The notes under the pieces were generated by a model, which searched no databases, had not been told where the DNA came from, and worked only from the letters and a program-made list of their open reading frames with translations. 64,000 nucleotides of DNA from an uncultured Weeksellaceae bacterium (GTDB taxonomy: Bacteria > Bacteroidota > Bacteroidia > Flavobacteriales_D > CAYVSK01), in contig CAZIDL010000003.1 in assembly GCA_964537825.1 (NCBI GenBank), positions 9,679-73,678 on the forward strand, given 5' to 3'. The translations under genes were made by a program, and so were the position numbers. Positions 1 to 9,330 of the stretch are shown one piece after another. Each line of letters starts with the position of its first letter. Position 1 is the stretch's first letter.

Positions 1-507
1 CGTGACCCATCATTCAAATGGCTCCGTGACCGGGAAGGAGCAGCTGATCGAGTAAAGGCCTGGAAAGCAGCAGGGGAGCGCGTCGTCTTCACCAACGGTT
101 GCTTCGATATCCTCCATCCGGGTCATATCGAGCTGCTGAGCAAAGCCGCTGCTCTTGGAGAGCGGCTGATCGTCGGTCTCAATTCGGATCGTTCCGTCAA
201 AAGCCTTCAAAAGGGGACAGAACGACCTGTAATGGATGAAGCTTCGCGTGCGAGGGTCCTGGCTGCTTTGGAAATGTTGGATGCTGTCGTGACCTTCGAT
301 GAGAACACCCCTTTCGGATTGATCCAGGAGCTGATGCCTGATGTTCTCGTCAAGGGAGGGGATTATGATAAAGATGCGGTCGTAGGGCGGGAAGTAGTGG
401 AAGCCAATGGAGGAGAGCTCGTCTTGATCCCCCTCCTCCAAGGTTATTCCACCAGTTCCATCATCGACCGTATCAAAAAGATCGATGATAAAGGCGAGGA
501 GGGATGA
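1..507 (+). CDS. rfaE: D-glycero-beta-D-manno-heptose 1-phosphate adenylyltransferase (RfaE domain II type cytidylyltransferase), 5' end outside window
   Basis: Frame 1 is open from base 1 with no in-frame start codon in the first codons, so the gene starts upstream. The translation contains the nucleotidyltransferase signature VVFTNGCFDILHPGH and the C-terminal LVKGGDY...STSSIIDRI block. Stop TGA 505-507 overlaps the radA ATG (ATGA). Confidence 0.85.
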   Translation, partial: RDPSFKWLRDREGAADRVKAWKAAGERVVFTNGCFDILHPGHIELLSKAAALGERLIVGLNSDRSVKSLQKGTERPVMDEASRARVLAALEMLDAVVTFDENTPFGLIQELMPDVLVKGGDYDKDAVVGREVVEANGGELVLIPLLQGYSTSSIIDRIKKIDDKGEEG

Positions 508-1868
508 GCAAAAAGAAAGATCGGGTCGTCTTTTTATGCCAGGAATGCGGACAGGATAGTCCGAAATGGATGGGTAAATGTCCTTCGTGCGGTGCATGGA
601 ACAGCATGATGGAGGAAAGGGTGAAGGAGAAGGGGAATGGAAAGGAAGCGCGATCGAAAGCTGGGAGTGCTCCTGATCCTCTTCCTCTTAGTGAAGTGGA
701 CAGTTCGCCCGGTCAGCGGCTCAACTTTCCGGACGAAGAGTTCCAGCGTGTTCTGGGTGGAGGGATCGTACCTGGTTCCGTCGTTCTTTTCGGAGGAGAG
801 CCAGGTGTGGGGAAATCCACATTAATGCTCCAGCTCGCTCTTCGAGCAGAAGCTTGGAACACCCTTTACATCTCTGGGGAAGAGAGTGATCGACAGATCC
901 GGATGCGCGCGGACCGTATCGGGAACGTCCACGAGATGGTCCGCGTTTACGGAGAGACTCATCTGGAAGAATTGATGGAACAGCTCGAAAAGGCTCCTCC
1001 CGACATCCTGATCGTGGATTCTGTTCAGACCCTCTATTCTTCCGGAAGTGATTCTGTACCAGGGAGTCTTACGCAGATCCGGGATTGTACCATGGAACTG
1101 ATCGGCTTTGCCAAACGGACCGGGACGCCGGTCTTTTTGATCGGCCACATCAACAAGGAGGGGGGATTAGCAGGGCCTAAAGCACTGGAACATATGGTCG
1201 ATACGGTCCTTCAGTTCGAAGGCGATCGCGATCATACCCACCGCTTGCTGCGCACCCTCAAGAACCGGTTCGGTTCTACCAATGAACTCGGCATTTACCG
1301 CATGCAAGGAGAGGGGCTCTTCCCGGTGAAGGATCCTTCGGAAGTATTGATCACGGAGAGCGATGAAACTTTAAGTGGTGTTGCTATCGCTGCATCGATG
1401 GAAGGAGTACGCCCCCTTATGATCGAAGTGCAGGCCCTCGTTAGCACTGCCATCTACGGTACGCCTCAACGGACCACAACGGGCATCGATATCCGGCGGA
1501 CCAATATGTTATTGGCCGTCTTGGAGAAGCGTTGTGGCTTTCGCCTGGGAGCTAAGGACGTGTTTCTGAACATTACGGGTGGGGTGAGGGTGGAGGATCC
1601 AGCTATGGATCTTGCTTTGATAGCAGCTGTTCTTTCCTCTGGTGCGGACCGAGCCTTGCCTGAAGGGACCTGTTTTGCCGGGGAAGTTGGATTGTCCGGG
1701 GAGGTGCGACCGGTACCCCGAATGGAGCAACGGGTGCAGGAGGCAGGACGCCTTGGTTATAAAAGGATCCTGGGGAGCAAATACGGTCCTTCGATCGAAA
1801 GCTCGGGTAATATCGAACAGCGACGGATCGGTAAAGTGGAGGAGCTTTACGGCGAGCTTTTCGACTAA
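504..1868 (+). CDS. radA: DNA repair protein RadA/Sms
   Basis: 454 aa. N-terminal C4 zinc finger CQECGQDSPKWMGKCPSCGAW, Walker A GEPGVGKST, RadA-specific KNRFG motif and a C-terminal Lon-protease-like domain. Confidence 0.97.
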   Translation: MSKKKDRVVFLCQECGQDSPKWMGKCPSCGAWNSMMEERVKEKGNGKEARSKAGSAPDPLPLSEVDSSPGQRLNFPDEEFQRVLGGGIVPGSVVLFGGEPGVGKSTLMLQLALRAEAWNTLYISGEESDRQIRMRADRIGNVHEMVRVYGETHLEELMEQLEKAPPDILIVDSVQTLYSSGSDSVPGSLTQIRDCTMELIGFAKRTGTPVFLIGHINKEGGLAGPKALEHMVDTVLQFEGDRDHTHRLLRTLKNRFGSTNELGIYRMQGEGLFPVKDPSEVLITESDETLSGVAIAASMEGVRPLMIEVQALVSTAIYGTPQRTTTGIDIRRTNMLLAVLEKRCGFRLGAKDVFLNITGGVRVEDPAMDLALIAAVLSSGADRALPEGTCFAGEVGLSGEVRPVPRMEQRVQEAGRLGYKRILGSKYGPSIESSGNIEQRRIGKVEELYGELFD

Positions 1869-1874
1869 AGCCTG

Positions 1875-2903
1875 TCAGCCTTTTTCCACCTCCGTGTTCT
1901 CGATGATATCGTAGAGCTTCTCGAGGTTCGGTGTCAAGATGATCTCGATCCGACGGTTCTTCGACATTTCGTCCTCAGAGACCGGGTGGTATTTGCTCCG
2001 CCCGGAGGCAATGACCCGCTTAGGCTCGAGTTCGCTGTTCTCCATCATGATGCGGACGACGGAAGTTGCTCGTAGAACACTAAGGTCCCAATTGTCCTTA
2101 TAACGTGCGTTGGGGGTCACTTCCTGCTTATCGGTATGCCCTTCCACCATGATCCGGAGGTCTTTTTGGTCCTCCAGGCCTTTAGCAAGGTCGATAAGGG
2201 CTTGCTTCCCTTCTTTGTCCACTTTCGTGCTGCCGCTCCCGAAAAGAAGCTTGGCCTCTAAGCTCACGTAGATCTTGCCGTTCTTTTGTTCCACCGTCAG
2301 CGCTTCTTCGTCCTTAAAGCTCAAAAGAGCTTCGCGTACTCTGTTCCTGAGGGCTTTCACCGCTGAATCTTTAGTGGCTATCACATCCTCCAGTTCAGCT
2401 ACGCGTTTTTCCCGCTTTTCGAGTTCCCCTTCTAGTTCTTCCAGATTGTCTTCCTTTTCGTTCAACCGATCTTCAAGGGCCCGAAGACGGTCCTCTTTCT
2501 TTTGCAGTTCCTCGCGTGTTTGTTCCAATTCGGAACTGAGTTTCTCGTTCTCAGCCTCGTTCTGTTTCTTTAGGGCAGCGTGTTTGCGAAGCAGTTCATC
2601 GTTAAGGTTGTTGATCTTGTCGTACTGCTTCTGCATTTTCCGAAGCGAACGGCCAAGGACGGTGGTATCCTTTTTCAGGGACCGGTTCTCATCCTTTAAT
2701 TTGCTAACCTCTTCCTCCAGTTCTTTTTTCTTGGTTTCAAGCTCCTGAACCTTGGCAGAAAGCTCGTTGCGCTTTTCCTCACAATTCTCCTTGTCCGCTT
2801 TCATGTCCTGGAATTTGCTTGCGGGTACGCAGGAGGTGAGGGAAAGGACGAATAGGATGAGGAAAGGAAGGCGAGGATCTGTGGAATGAGCACGATGCTT
2901 CAT
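1875..2903 (-). CDS. OmpA-family lipoprotein with long central coiled coil
   Basis: 342 aa. Lipoprotein-type signal ending LSLTSC, then about 170 aa of E/K/L-rich heptad-like sequence. C-terminal OmpA/MotB peptidoglycan-binding domain (VEGHTD...WDLSVLRA...NRRIEIIL). Confidence 0.85.
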   Translation of the reverse strand: MKHRAHSTDPRLPFLILFVLSLTSCVPASKFQDMKADKENCEEKRNELSAKVQELETKKKELEEEVSKLKDENRSLKKDTTVLGRSLRKMQKQYDKINNLNDELLRKHAALKKQNEAENEKLSSELEQTREELQKKEDRLRALEDRLNEKEDNLEELEGELEKREKRVAELEDVIATKDSAVKALRNRVREALLSFKDEEALTVEQKNGKIYVSLEAKLLFGSGSTKVDKEGKQALIDLAKGLEDQKDLRIMVEGHTDKQEVTPNARYKDNWDLSVLRATSVVRIMMENSELEPKRVIASGRSKYHPVSEDEMSKNRRIEIILTPNLEKLYDIIENTEVEKG

Positions 2904-3028
2904 GGCATAAAAACTTTAATGGTATCTGGGACGGTCGAATATACGAAGGATACACGGAGGGGATAGTGCGGTAACTTTCCGGCTGGAGCATCGTATAGAA
3001 AAAGGAGCGCTGGAAGCTCTTTTGTTTT

Positions 3029-3772
3029 ATGGTCTTTTCCGATGAATTCCATCCGATCCCCGATCGCGAACTCGATTTCGAGTATCGCAAGTACAGATTG
3101 CTCGCTTATTTAAAGCGGATCGGCGAGCTTTTCCGCGAAAAGCGCCTCTATCCCTATTTGAGCGAGCTAAAGCGCCAATACACGGAGTTGTTGTCCTTTA
3201 AGGGTAAGAAGGATGAGCTTGCCAGCGCCTTTCCAAAAGAGCTGAGCGGGGTCGATCTTGAGGGACAACTATTGAATTACGAACGAAGCATCGACGATGA
3301 AGCCTTTATGGAAGAGATCGACCGGATCATCGATGTAAGCCTCCCTCGGATCAAAGAGCGGCTTAAGGACGGGGAGGAGTTGCGAAGCTCTGTTAGGGAT
3401 CACATCGATGTGAGGTCCGTAGGTCTTCTTCCGTTGCAAAAGCGCGAAGGTTATTTGCTCTTGTCCCGTCCTTCTGAGTGGCGTGCTTATCGCTACCGGC
3501 TCAATTTGGTACAAGATCCCTCTGCCGACCGACGGTATCGGGATCTTCGGACGCGTTACCTGACGTCTTTCCGGAAGATGAACACCCCGGAAAAGCTCAA
3601 GGAACGATTGATAAAAGAGTACAGAGACCTGCCCCAACCAGCGGTCTTCCGGATCGAGAGCGAGCTATTGGTGCCACACATCGAGACCCTTATGCCGATC
3701 GCCAAGCAGTTACTGATGCATTTGCTCGGAGAACTTAGAACGGAGGGTGTGAATGAAAAAAGGAGAGCTTAA
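3029..3772 (+). CDS. hypothetical protein, no recognisable motif
   Basis: 247-aa ORF with normal, non-low-complexity composition. It fills the gap between two confidently called genes. No signal peptide or catalytic motif seen. Confidence 0.6.
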   Translation: MVFSDEFHPIPDRELDFEYRKYRLLAYLKRIGELFREKRLYPYLSELKRQYTELLSFKGKKDELASAFPKELSGVDLEGQLLNYERSIDDEAFMEEIDRIIDVSLPRIKERLKDGEELRSSVRDHIDVRSVGLLPLQKREGYLLLSRPSEWRAYRYRLNLVQDPSADRRYRDLRTRYLTSFRKMNTPEKLKERLIKEYRDLPQPAVFRIESELLVPHIETLMPIAKQLLMHLLGELRTEGVNEKRRA

Positions 3773-3781
3773 GGCCTTGAT

Positions 3782-5545
3782 TCAGCTCTTTTTCCCTTTC
3801 TTTTCTTCCTGGGCGAAATAGACCCGTGTGAAGTCCCTCCGCTCCATGGCGTTCATGGGGAAGTTCCTTACTTCCGGCTTGATAAGGCGCATGTTCTCAT
3901 CGTAGAAGAGCGGAATGATAGCAGCGTCGTCCATCGCCACCTGATCGGCCTTCCTGAAGAGTTCCATCCGTTTTTTACGGTCCATGGTCCGAAGGCCTGC
4001 TTCAAAGAGCGAATCGAATTTGGCGCTCTGATAGCGGCTTTTGTTGACCGATGACCGCTCGCTCATTTTTTCGGGGACATGAGCTCCGTAAAGAAGGTTG
4101 AGGAAGTTCTCCGGATCGGGATAATCAGCGATCCACCCGGTACGGAAGAAATTGGCCTTCCCTTTCTCCATCTTTTCCAAAAGTTGGGACATCGGCATTA
4201 CATTGAGTTCTATCTTGACGCCCAAGTTCTCTTTCAGCATGTTCTGGATCGCCTCTGCCACCTGCACGTTCGTTTTACCACCACTGTTCAAATGGAGTTG
4301 GATCGTGGGTACTTCCTTGCCTTTCTCGTACCCGGCTTTCCGAAGATGCTTCTTTGCTTTCTCTTTGTTCACCTCATACCCGCTGACCTTCTTCGTATCG
4401 TAATAGGAAAAAGAGGGGGGGATGATCCCATTCCGAGCGGGTATCCCTTCTCCTTCGAGGGTGAACTTCGTGATCTTCTCCCGATCGATGGCGTAATTAA
4501 AAGCCTTCCGAAGGTGTTTGTTCGAGAAGAGCTCGCTTTTATGCTGGAAACCGTAATACTGGATCGCCATCGAAGGCGTGCTCTGTAATTTGAAGGGGAG
4601 TTGCTTCTTTTGCTTTTTCCGCGCTTCATCGAGTTCCCCTGTTATCTCACCGATGCTCTCCACCGGCAGGCGATAGACCATATCGAGCTTATCGTTCCTG
4701 AACTCGCTCAGTTCGGTCGCCTTTTCCTTGATGAAGTTGATCTTGATGCCTTTCAAATAGGGAAGGGAATTCCCGTATTGATCGACGTCCCAATAATCGT
4801 TGTTGCGGGAGAGCACTACAGAGACGCCTTCCTGCACCCGGTCTAGCTTAAAGGGACCCGTACCTACCGTATTGCTACGCATATCCTCCCCGTAATGCTC
4901 ATAGGCTTCTTTGGGATAAATGAAGCAACCCGCATGAGCCAGAAGCTTCAAAAAACCCGGGTAAGGGTAATTGAGTTCGATCGCCACCGTGTGCTCGTCA
5001 ACCTTTTCGATCCCCGGAACACCGCCTTTCAATGGATCGCCCTTTTCGGTGGACTCGTGGTACTTTGTCGCCCCTTTCACTTTGTTCTTGAAAAGCCAGA
5101 AAAGCTGGTTCTGGGAAGTTGACGAACAGAGCTTGTCGAAGCAATACTTCACGTCGGAAGCAGTGAACGCTCGCTCTTTCTGGTTCTTGAAGCAACTGTC
5201 CTTATGGAACCTCACGTCCTCCCGGAGGTGGAATACAAAGCGCCTTGCACTATCCTTCACCTCCCAGCTCTTTGCAAGAGCTGGTTGGATGGTAAGGCTA
5301 TCCTGATCGAGCTCGACGAGCCCTTCATAAACCTGATTGGCGATCCGATAGGAAACAGCGTCAGTGATGTTCAGCGGGTAGAGGTTGTCAAAGTCCTCGA
5401 CCTCGTTGAGCTTGAAGGTCCCTCCGTAATGAACAGGTCCCTTCGCTTCCCTATCGGTACCATCTCCATTATTTTCACCGCCTCCGCAGGCGGTAAAAGC
5501 AACAAGAACGAGTGCGATGATGACCCCTTGGATCCTTCTTCTCAT
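3782..5545 (-). CDS. ABC-transporter family-5 (peptide/nickel type) substrate-binding lipoprotein, no adjacent permease or ATPase
   Basis: 587 aa. Lipoprotein signal (LVAFTAC). Its length and motifs such as FKLNE..DFDNLYP, TIQPALAKSWE and GWIADYPDPENFL are typical of SBP_bac_5 proteins. Confidence 0.85.
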   Translation of the reverse strand: MRRRIQGVIIALVLVAFTACGGGENNGDGTDREAKGPVHYGGTFKLNEVEDFDNLYPLNITDAVSYRIANQVYEGLVELDQDSLTIQPALAKSWEVKDSARRFVFHLREDVRFHKDSCFKNQKERAFTASDVKYCFDKLCSSTSQNQLFWLFKNKVKGATKYHESTEKGDPLKGGVPGIEKVDEHTVAIELNYPYPGFLKLLAHAGCFIYPKEAYEHYGEDMRSNTVGTGPFKLDRVQEGVSVVLSRNNDYWDVDQYGNSLPYLKGIKINFIKEKATELSEFRNDKLDMVYRLPVESIGEITGELDEARKKQKKQLPFKLQSTPSMAIQYYGFQHKSELFSNKHLRKAFNYAIDREKITKFTLEGEGIPARNGIIPPSFSYYDTKKVSGYEVNKEKAKKHLRKAGYEKGKEVPTIQLHLNSGGKTNVQVAEAIQNMLKENLGVKIELNVMPMSQLLEKMEKGKANFFRTGWIADYPDPENFLNLLYGAHVPEKMSERSSVNKSRYQSAKFDSLFEAGLRTMDRKKRMELFRKADQVAMDDAAIIPLFYDENMRLIKPEVRNFPMNAMERRDFTRVYFAQEEKKGKKS

Positions 5546-5597
5546 GGTGAAAGATAAAAGACGTTAGACGATAACTGACCTGTAATGGGCAGCCCTG

Positions 5598-5605
5598 CAA
5601 ATATA
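5598..5605 (-). promoter_or_regulatory. candidate Bacteroidota -7 box (TATATTTG) for the substrate-binding protein gene
   Basis: The reverse complement of caaatata is TATATTTG, which matches the TAnnTTTG consensus. It lies about 53 nt upstream of the ATG at 5545. No convincing -33 TTTG partner found. Confidence 0.3.
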
Positions 5606-5780
5606 AATAAATATGCCCTCGCTCTACTTTTAGTCCATATCCTTGAAGTCCCAAGGCGAAATGATCTGCTTTTCCCTACGTTCCATCAGACCTGTTGGTA
5701 GAAGGACCCCCTGATCCTCCTTTTATCTTTATGCCCCTTGGTCCATTTCTGTTCGGAAACGCATTGTTCCTACTCCTTCA

Positions 5781-8700
5781 TTGGCACCCTGCCTATTCCA
5801 TAGGGCTCGTACCCTGAAAGGCCTTTTCATCCTCTGTCTCTCCTTCCCCTGCCTTTGGGGAGCATCCCAGGACAGCATGGACAGGCAGCGGGAGGAATGG
5901 GTCTCAACGGATGACGATACGGTCCTTTTGGACAGCCTTAGTATCGAGGCTAGCAGCTTCAAGGTCTTTGCTCCTGATGGTACTTCCTGGCCCGATTCGC
6001 TCTATATTCTCCGCCCCTTCCAGGGACTGATGTTGCTCCGTTCAACGGATCCACCCGACAGCCTCCGGGTGCGTTATAGAGTCCTTCCCATGAACCTTGC
6101 CGCCCCTCGCTCCCATAAAGACCGGAAGCGGATAGCCCCTGAGCGCGTCGATCGGATCGACCCTTATACGTATCGGGCGGATCGCGATGAAAAGGCTTCA
6201 GGCCTTTTCGATTTCGGGGCTATCGATAAGTCAGGGAACATTTCCAGGGGGCTCAACTTTGGCAATACTCAGGATCTCTCTGTTAACTCCAACCTGAACC
6301 TCGAACTGAGCGGCCCCCTTTCGGATAAAGTGAACGTAGAGGCATCGGTCACGGACGATAACATCCCGGTCCAGCCAGAAGGGAACACGCAAAAGCTACA
6401 GGATTTCGATAAGGTCTTCGTCCGCTTTTTCACCGATCGTCATCGTCTGGTAGCAGGCGATGCCCGGATCAAAAAGGATTCGGGGCAATACCTCCGGTAC
6501 TCCAAAAGGATCAAGGGAGCAGACCTTAAAAGCCGCTTTCCAGTGGAGGATAAGAGCGAAAAGGGGGAAAAACGGGGTACGATGACTATAAAAGCGAGTG
6601 GGGCGATATCCAAAGGCAAATTCGCCAGAAATGTGATCCAGGGGATCGAAGGGAATCAGGGGCCCTATCGCCTGGAAGGGGCTAATAACGAGCAATTCAT
6701 CGTGGTGTTGGCGGGTACGGAGAGGGTTTATCTGGACGGAAAGCTCCTTCAAAGGGGGGCGGAAAAGGATTACACCATCGATTACAATGCCGCTGAACTC
6801 ACTTTTACCCCGGAACATCTTATTAAAAAGGAATCCCGTATCAAGGTGGAGTTCCAGTATTCGGAGCGGAACTACGCCCGTTCCCTCTTCCGCGTTTCCA
6901 CCGAATATGAGGATGATGGAGTTGACATGTCGCTCGACATCTATTCGGAACAGGATGCCAAGAACCAGCCTTTGCAGCAAGATCTCAGCGAGGCGGATAA
7001 GCGGCGGCTGGAAAAGGCAGGGGATGATCCCGCTGAAGCCGTCGTTCCGAGCATCGAAAAGCGTTCTTCCTATTCCAACGAAGAGGTGCGCTATAGGATG
7101 ACGGATTCCTTGGGGTATGATTCGGTCTTCGTGTATTCCACCGATCCTCGGGAAGCTTCGTATCGCTTGCGTTTCTCAGAGGTGGGGCAAGGCAACGGGA
7201 ACTATGTCAAGTCCCGTATCACTCCTAATGGAAGGGCTTTCAGATGGGTCGCTCCTGACACAGTGAACGGTGAACTGAGACCTCAGGGGAATTATGCACC
7301 GGTAATACCCCTCGAGCCTCCCGGGATGCAACGAATGGCCACTTATACTGCGGAATTGGACTTAAGTCCGAACACCCTTCTTCAGTTCGAAGGGGCGGTC
7401 TCGGACCAGGACGTGAACCGATTTTCTTCGATCGACGATGGGGACAATACCGGAGGAGCTGTCAAAGTCGGCCTCGAACAAAAGGTGCCGCTTCAGGCTG
7501 ATAAAGATTCCGGATGGATCTGGAAGGGAGATCTCGAATGGGAGCATGTGCAAAAGCATTTTCGGCCGATCGAAAGGATCCGGAGTGTTGAATTCGCCAG
7601 GGATTGGAACATAAGGGACCGCCAGCTGAAGGAGGCCAGGCAATTGGGGGACCTTGGTTTCGACCTCCGTAAAAAGGGGATCGGTAAGGTCGGATACAAC
7701 TATCAACATCTTTTCAGCGGACGCCGATTCATGGAGGGGAACGAGTACCGCGGCGAAAAACATAATGTGAACAGCGACCTTCGCTATAAAGGATTCTTGC
7801 TGGATGCTCAAGGAAGCCTTCTTCGAAGCAAAAGCGACCTTGGGAAGACGCGCTTCTCCAGACACCTCGGAAATTTCGAGAAAAGCCTTCCCTTCGTGGT
7901 CATTGGCTATAAGGATGAACACGAGGATAATCGCCGCTATGGACCGAACGGGGAGCTTCGGGATGAAAGTTACAGCTTCTACGAATGGGAAGCTTATGCC
8001 GGGAATCCTGACACCTCAGGCAACGCGTATCGGATCTATTACGGGCAACGCCGGGATCGTTATGGCCGGAATGGTCGATTGGACCGCGGCACGCGGATCG
8101 AGGAGTACGGCCTTTCCTTCAATATAAAGCAGGATCCCGACCATCGCCTGAAGGGAAGGGTCGGCCGCCGGCGCCTCAGGGTGCTCGATCAAAAGCTTAT
8201 CGAGCAAAAGCCCGAGAATTCGTTGGTCCATCGCCTTGAACATCGGATCAATGCGTTGGAGGATGTGATCGATGCTTCAACTTTCTACCAATTGGGATCA
8301 GGGACCGAACGCCGGAAGGAGTTCATTTACCTTCAGGTGCCTGCCGGACAAGGTGCTTATACATGGAACGACTACAATGACAACGGGTCCCAGGAACTCG
8401 ATGAATTCGAAGTGGCTCGCTATTCGGACCAGGGACGTTACATCCGCTCTTTCATCCGTGGGGATGAATACGTACAGACCTTCACCAACGAGTTCCAGCA
8501 CAACATCAATATCCGCCCGGCAAGAGCATGGGGGGGGGAGGAAGGGCTCAAAGGATTCCTTTCGCGCTTCTCCGAGCAGATGGTCTATCGCGTGGACCGG
8601 AAGACGAGTGGGAACACCCCTCCTCGCATCGCCTATGACCCCTTTAAGCAGGATCTCCCCGATACAACCCTGCTATCGATGAATTCCAACTTCCGGAACA

Positions 8701-9326
8701 GTATCTTTTTCAACCGTTCGGATCCTGTTTTCGGCTTTGAACACACCTATCGCGACGTTCGGGACCGTTCCCTTCTTGCCTCCGGCTTTCAGGAACGCAT
8801 GGAATGGTCCCATGAAGGCAATGCTCGCTGGAACTTCATCCGGGAATTAGGGATCGAATGCCGGGGGAAATACGGGGTTGAAAGGAACCGGTCCGACGTA
8901 CTGGACGGCCGTAATTACCGGATCACGGAGCGGAGCGTGGAGCCACAGCTTCGCTATCAACCTAGCACTACGCTGAGAGTGGTCCTGGAAGGCGGTTACA
9001 TCGAAAAGGGCAACGCAGAGCGGTTCGGAGGGGAGCATGCGATCCTTCGTGACCTGGAGGGGCGGTTCAAGTACAATGCTGCCGGCAAAGGGACTTTTCG
9101 CGTGGAACTTCGCTACATCGACGTGCGTTACCAAGGAGAATCCAACAACTCGCTTTCCTTTCGGATGTTGGAGTCTTTGGAGAAAGGGAACAATCTGACC
9201 TGGACCGTTCGTATCCAGCGCAACCTCTCGGATCATCTCCAGATGGACCTGACCTATAACGGTCGGAGCACCGAAAACGAAGCCCCGGTCCACAACGGGG
9301 GTGTTCAGGTAAGGGCTTTCTTCTGA
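5781..9326 (+). CDS. large secreted protein, predicted outer-membrane beta-barrel type, function unknown
   Basis: 1181-aa ORF with a TTG start. N-terminus RTLKGLFILCLSFPCLWGASQ looks like a signal peptide. The C-terminal region has an alternating hydrophobic/polar strand pattern and ends ...VQVRAFF; a terminal aromatic residue is typical of OM barrels. No named family recognised with confidence. Confidence 0.75.
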   Translation: MAPCLFHRARTLKGLFILCLSFPCLWGASQDSMDRQREEWVSTDDDTVLLDSLSIEASSFKVFAPDGTSWPDSLYILRPFQGLMLLRSTDPPDSLRVRYRVLPMNLAAPRSHKDRKRIAPERVDRIDPYTYRADRDEKASGLFDFGAIDKSGNISRGLNFGNTQDLSVNSNLNLELSGPLSDKVNVEASVTDDNIPVQPEGNTQKLQDFDKVFVRFFTDRHRLVAGDARIKKDSGQYLRYSKRIKGADLKSRFPVEDKSEKGEKRGTMTIKASGAISKGKFARNVIQGIEGNQGPYRLEGANNEQFIVVLAGTERVYLDGKLLQRGAEKDYTIDYNAAELTFTPEHLIKKESRIKVEFQYSERNYARSLFRVSTEYEDDGVDMSLDIYSEQDAKNQPLQQDLSEADKRRLEKAGDDPAEAVVPSIEKRSSYSNEEVRYRMTDSLGYDSVFVYSTDPREASYRLRFSEVGQGNGNYVKSRITPNGRAFRWVAPDTVNGELRPQGNYAPVIPLEPPGMQRMATYTAELDLSPNTLLQFEGAVSDQDVNRFSSIDDGDNTGGAVKVGLEQKVPLQADKDSGWIWKGDLEWEHVQKHFRPIERIRSVEFARDWNIRDRQLKEARQLGDLGFDLRKKGIGKVGYNYQHLFSGRRFMEGNEYRGEKHNVNSDLRYKGFLLDAQGSLLRSKSDLGKTRFSRHLGNFEKSLPFVVIGYKDEHEDNRRYGPNGELRDESYSFYEWEAYAGNPDTSGNAYRIYYGQRRDRYGRNGRLDRGTRIEEYGLSFNIKQDPDHRLKGRVGRRRLRVLDQKLIEQKPENSLVHRLEHRINALEDVIDASTFYQLGSGTERRKEFIYLQVPAGQGAYTWNDYNDNGSQELDEFEVARYSDQGRYIRSFIRGDEYVQTFTNEFQHNINIRPARAWGGEEGLKGFLSRFSEQMVYRVDRKTSGNTPPRIAYDPFKQDLPDTTLLSMNSNFRNSIFFNRSDPVFGFEHTYRDVRDRSLLASGFQERMEWSHEGNARWNFIRELGIECRGKYGVERNRSDVLDGRNYRITERSVEPQLRYQPSTTLRVVLEGGYIEKGNAERFGGEHAILRDLEGRFKYNAAGKGTFRVELRYIDVRYQGESNNSLSFRMLESLEKGNNLTWTVRIQRNLSDHLQMDLTYNGRSTENEAPVHNGGVQVRAFF

Positions 9327-9330
9327 AGGA

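Noticed and set aside
10-597. 195-aa minus-strand ORF at the window start, and the 232-507 + ORF listed as a separate 91-aa protein
   Set aside because: The minus ORF lies antisense to the rfaE-type gene. The 91-aa + ORF is simply the C-terminal part of that gene, whose frame is open back to base 1.
2275-2748. 157-aa Ser/Phe/Arg-rich + strand ORF
   Set aside because: It is the antisense of the E/K/L-rich coiled-coil region of the OmpA lipoprotein. The low-complexity mirror sequence is an artefact.
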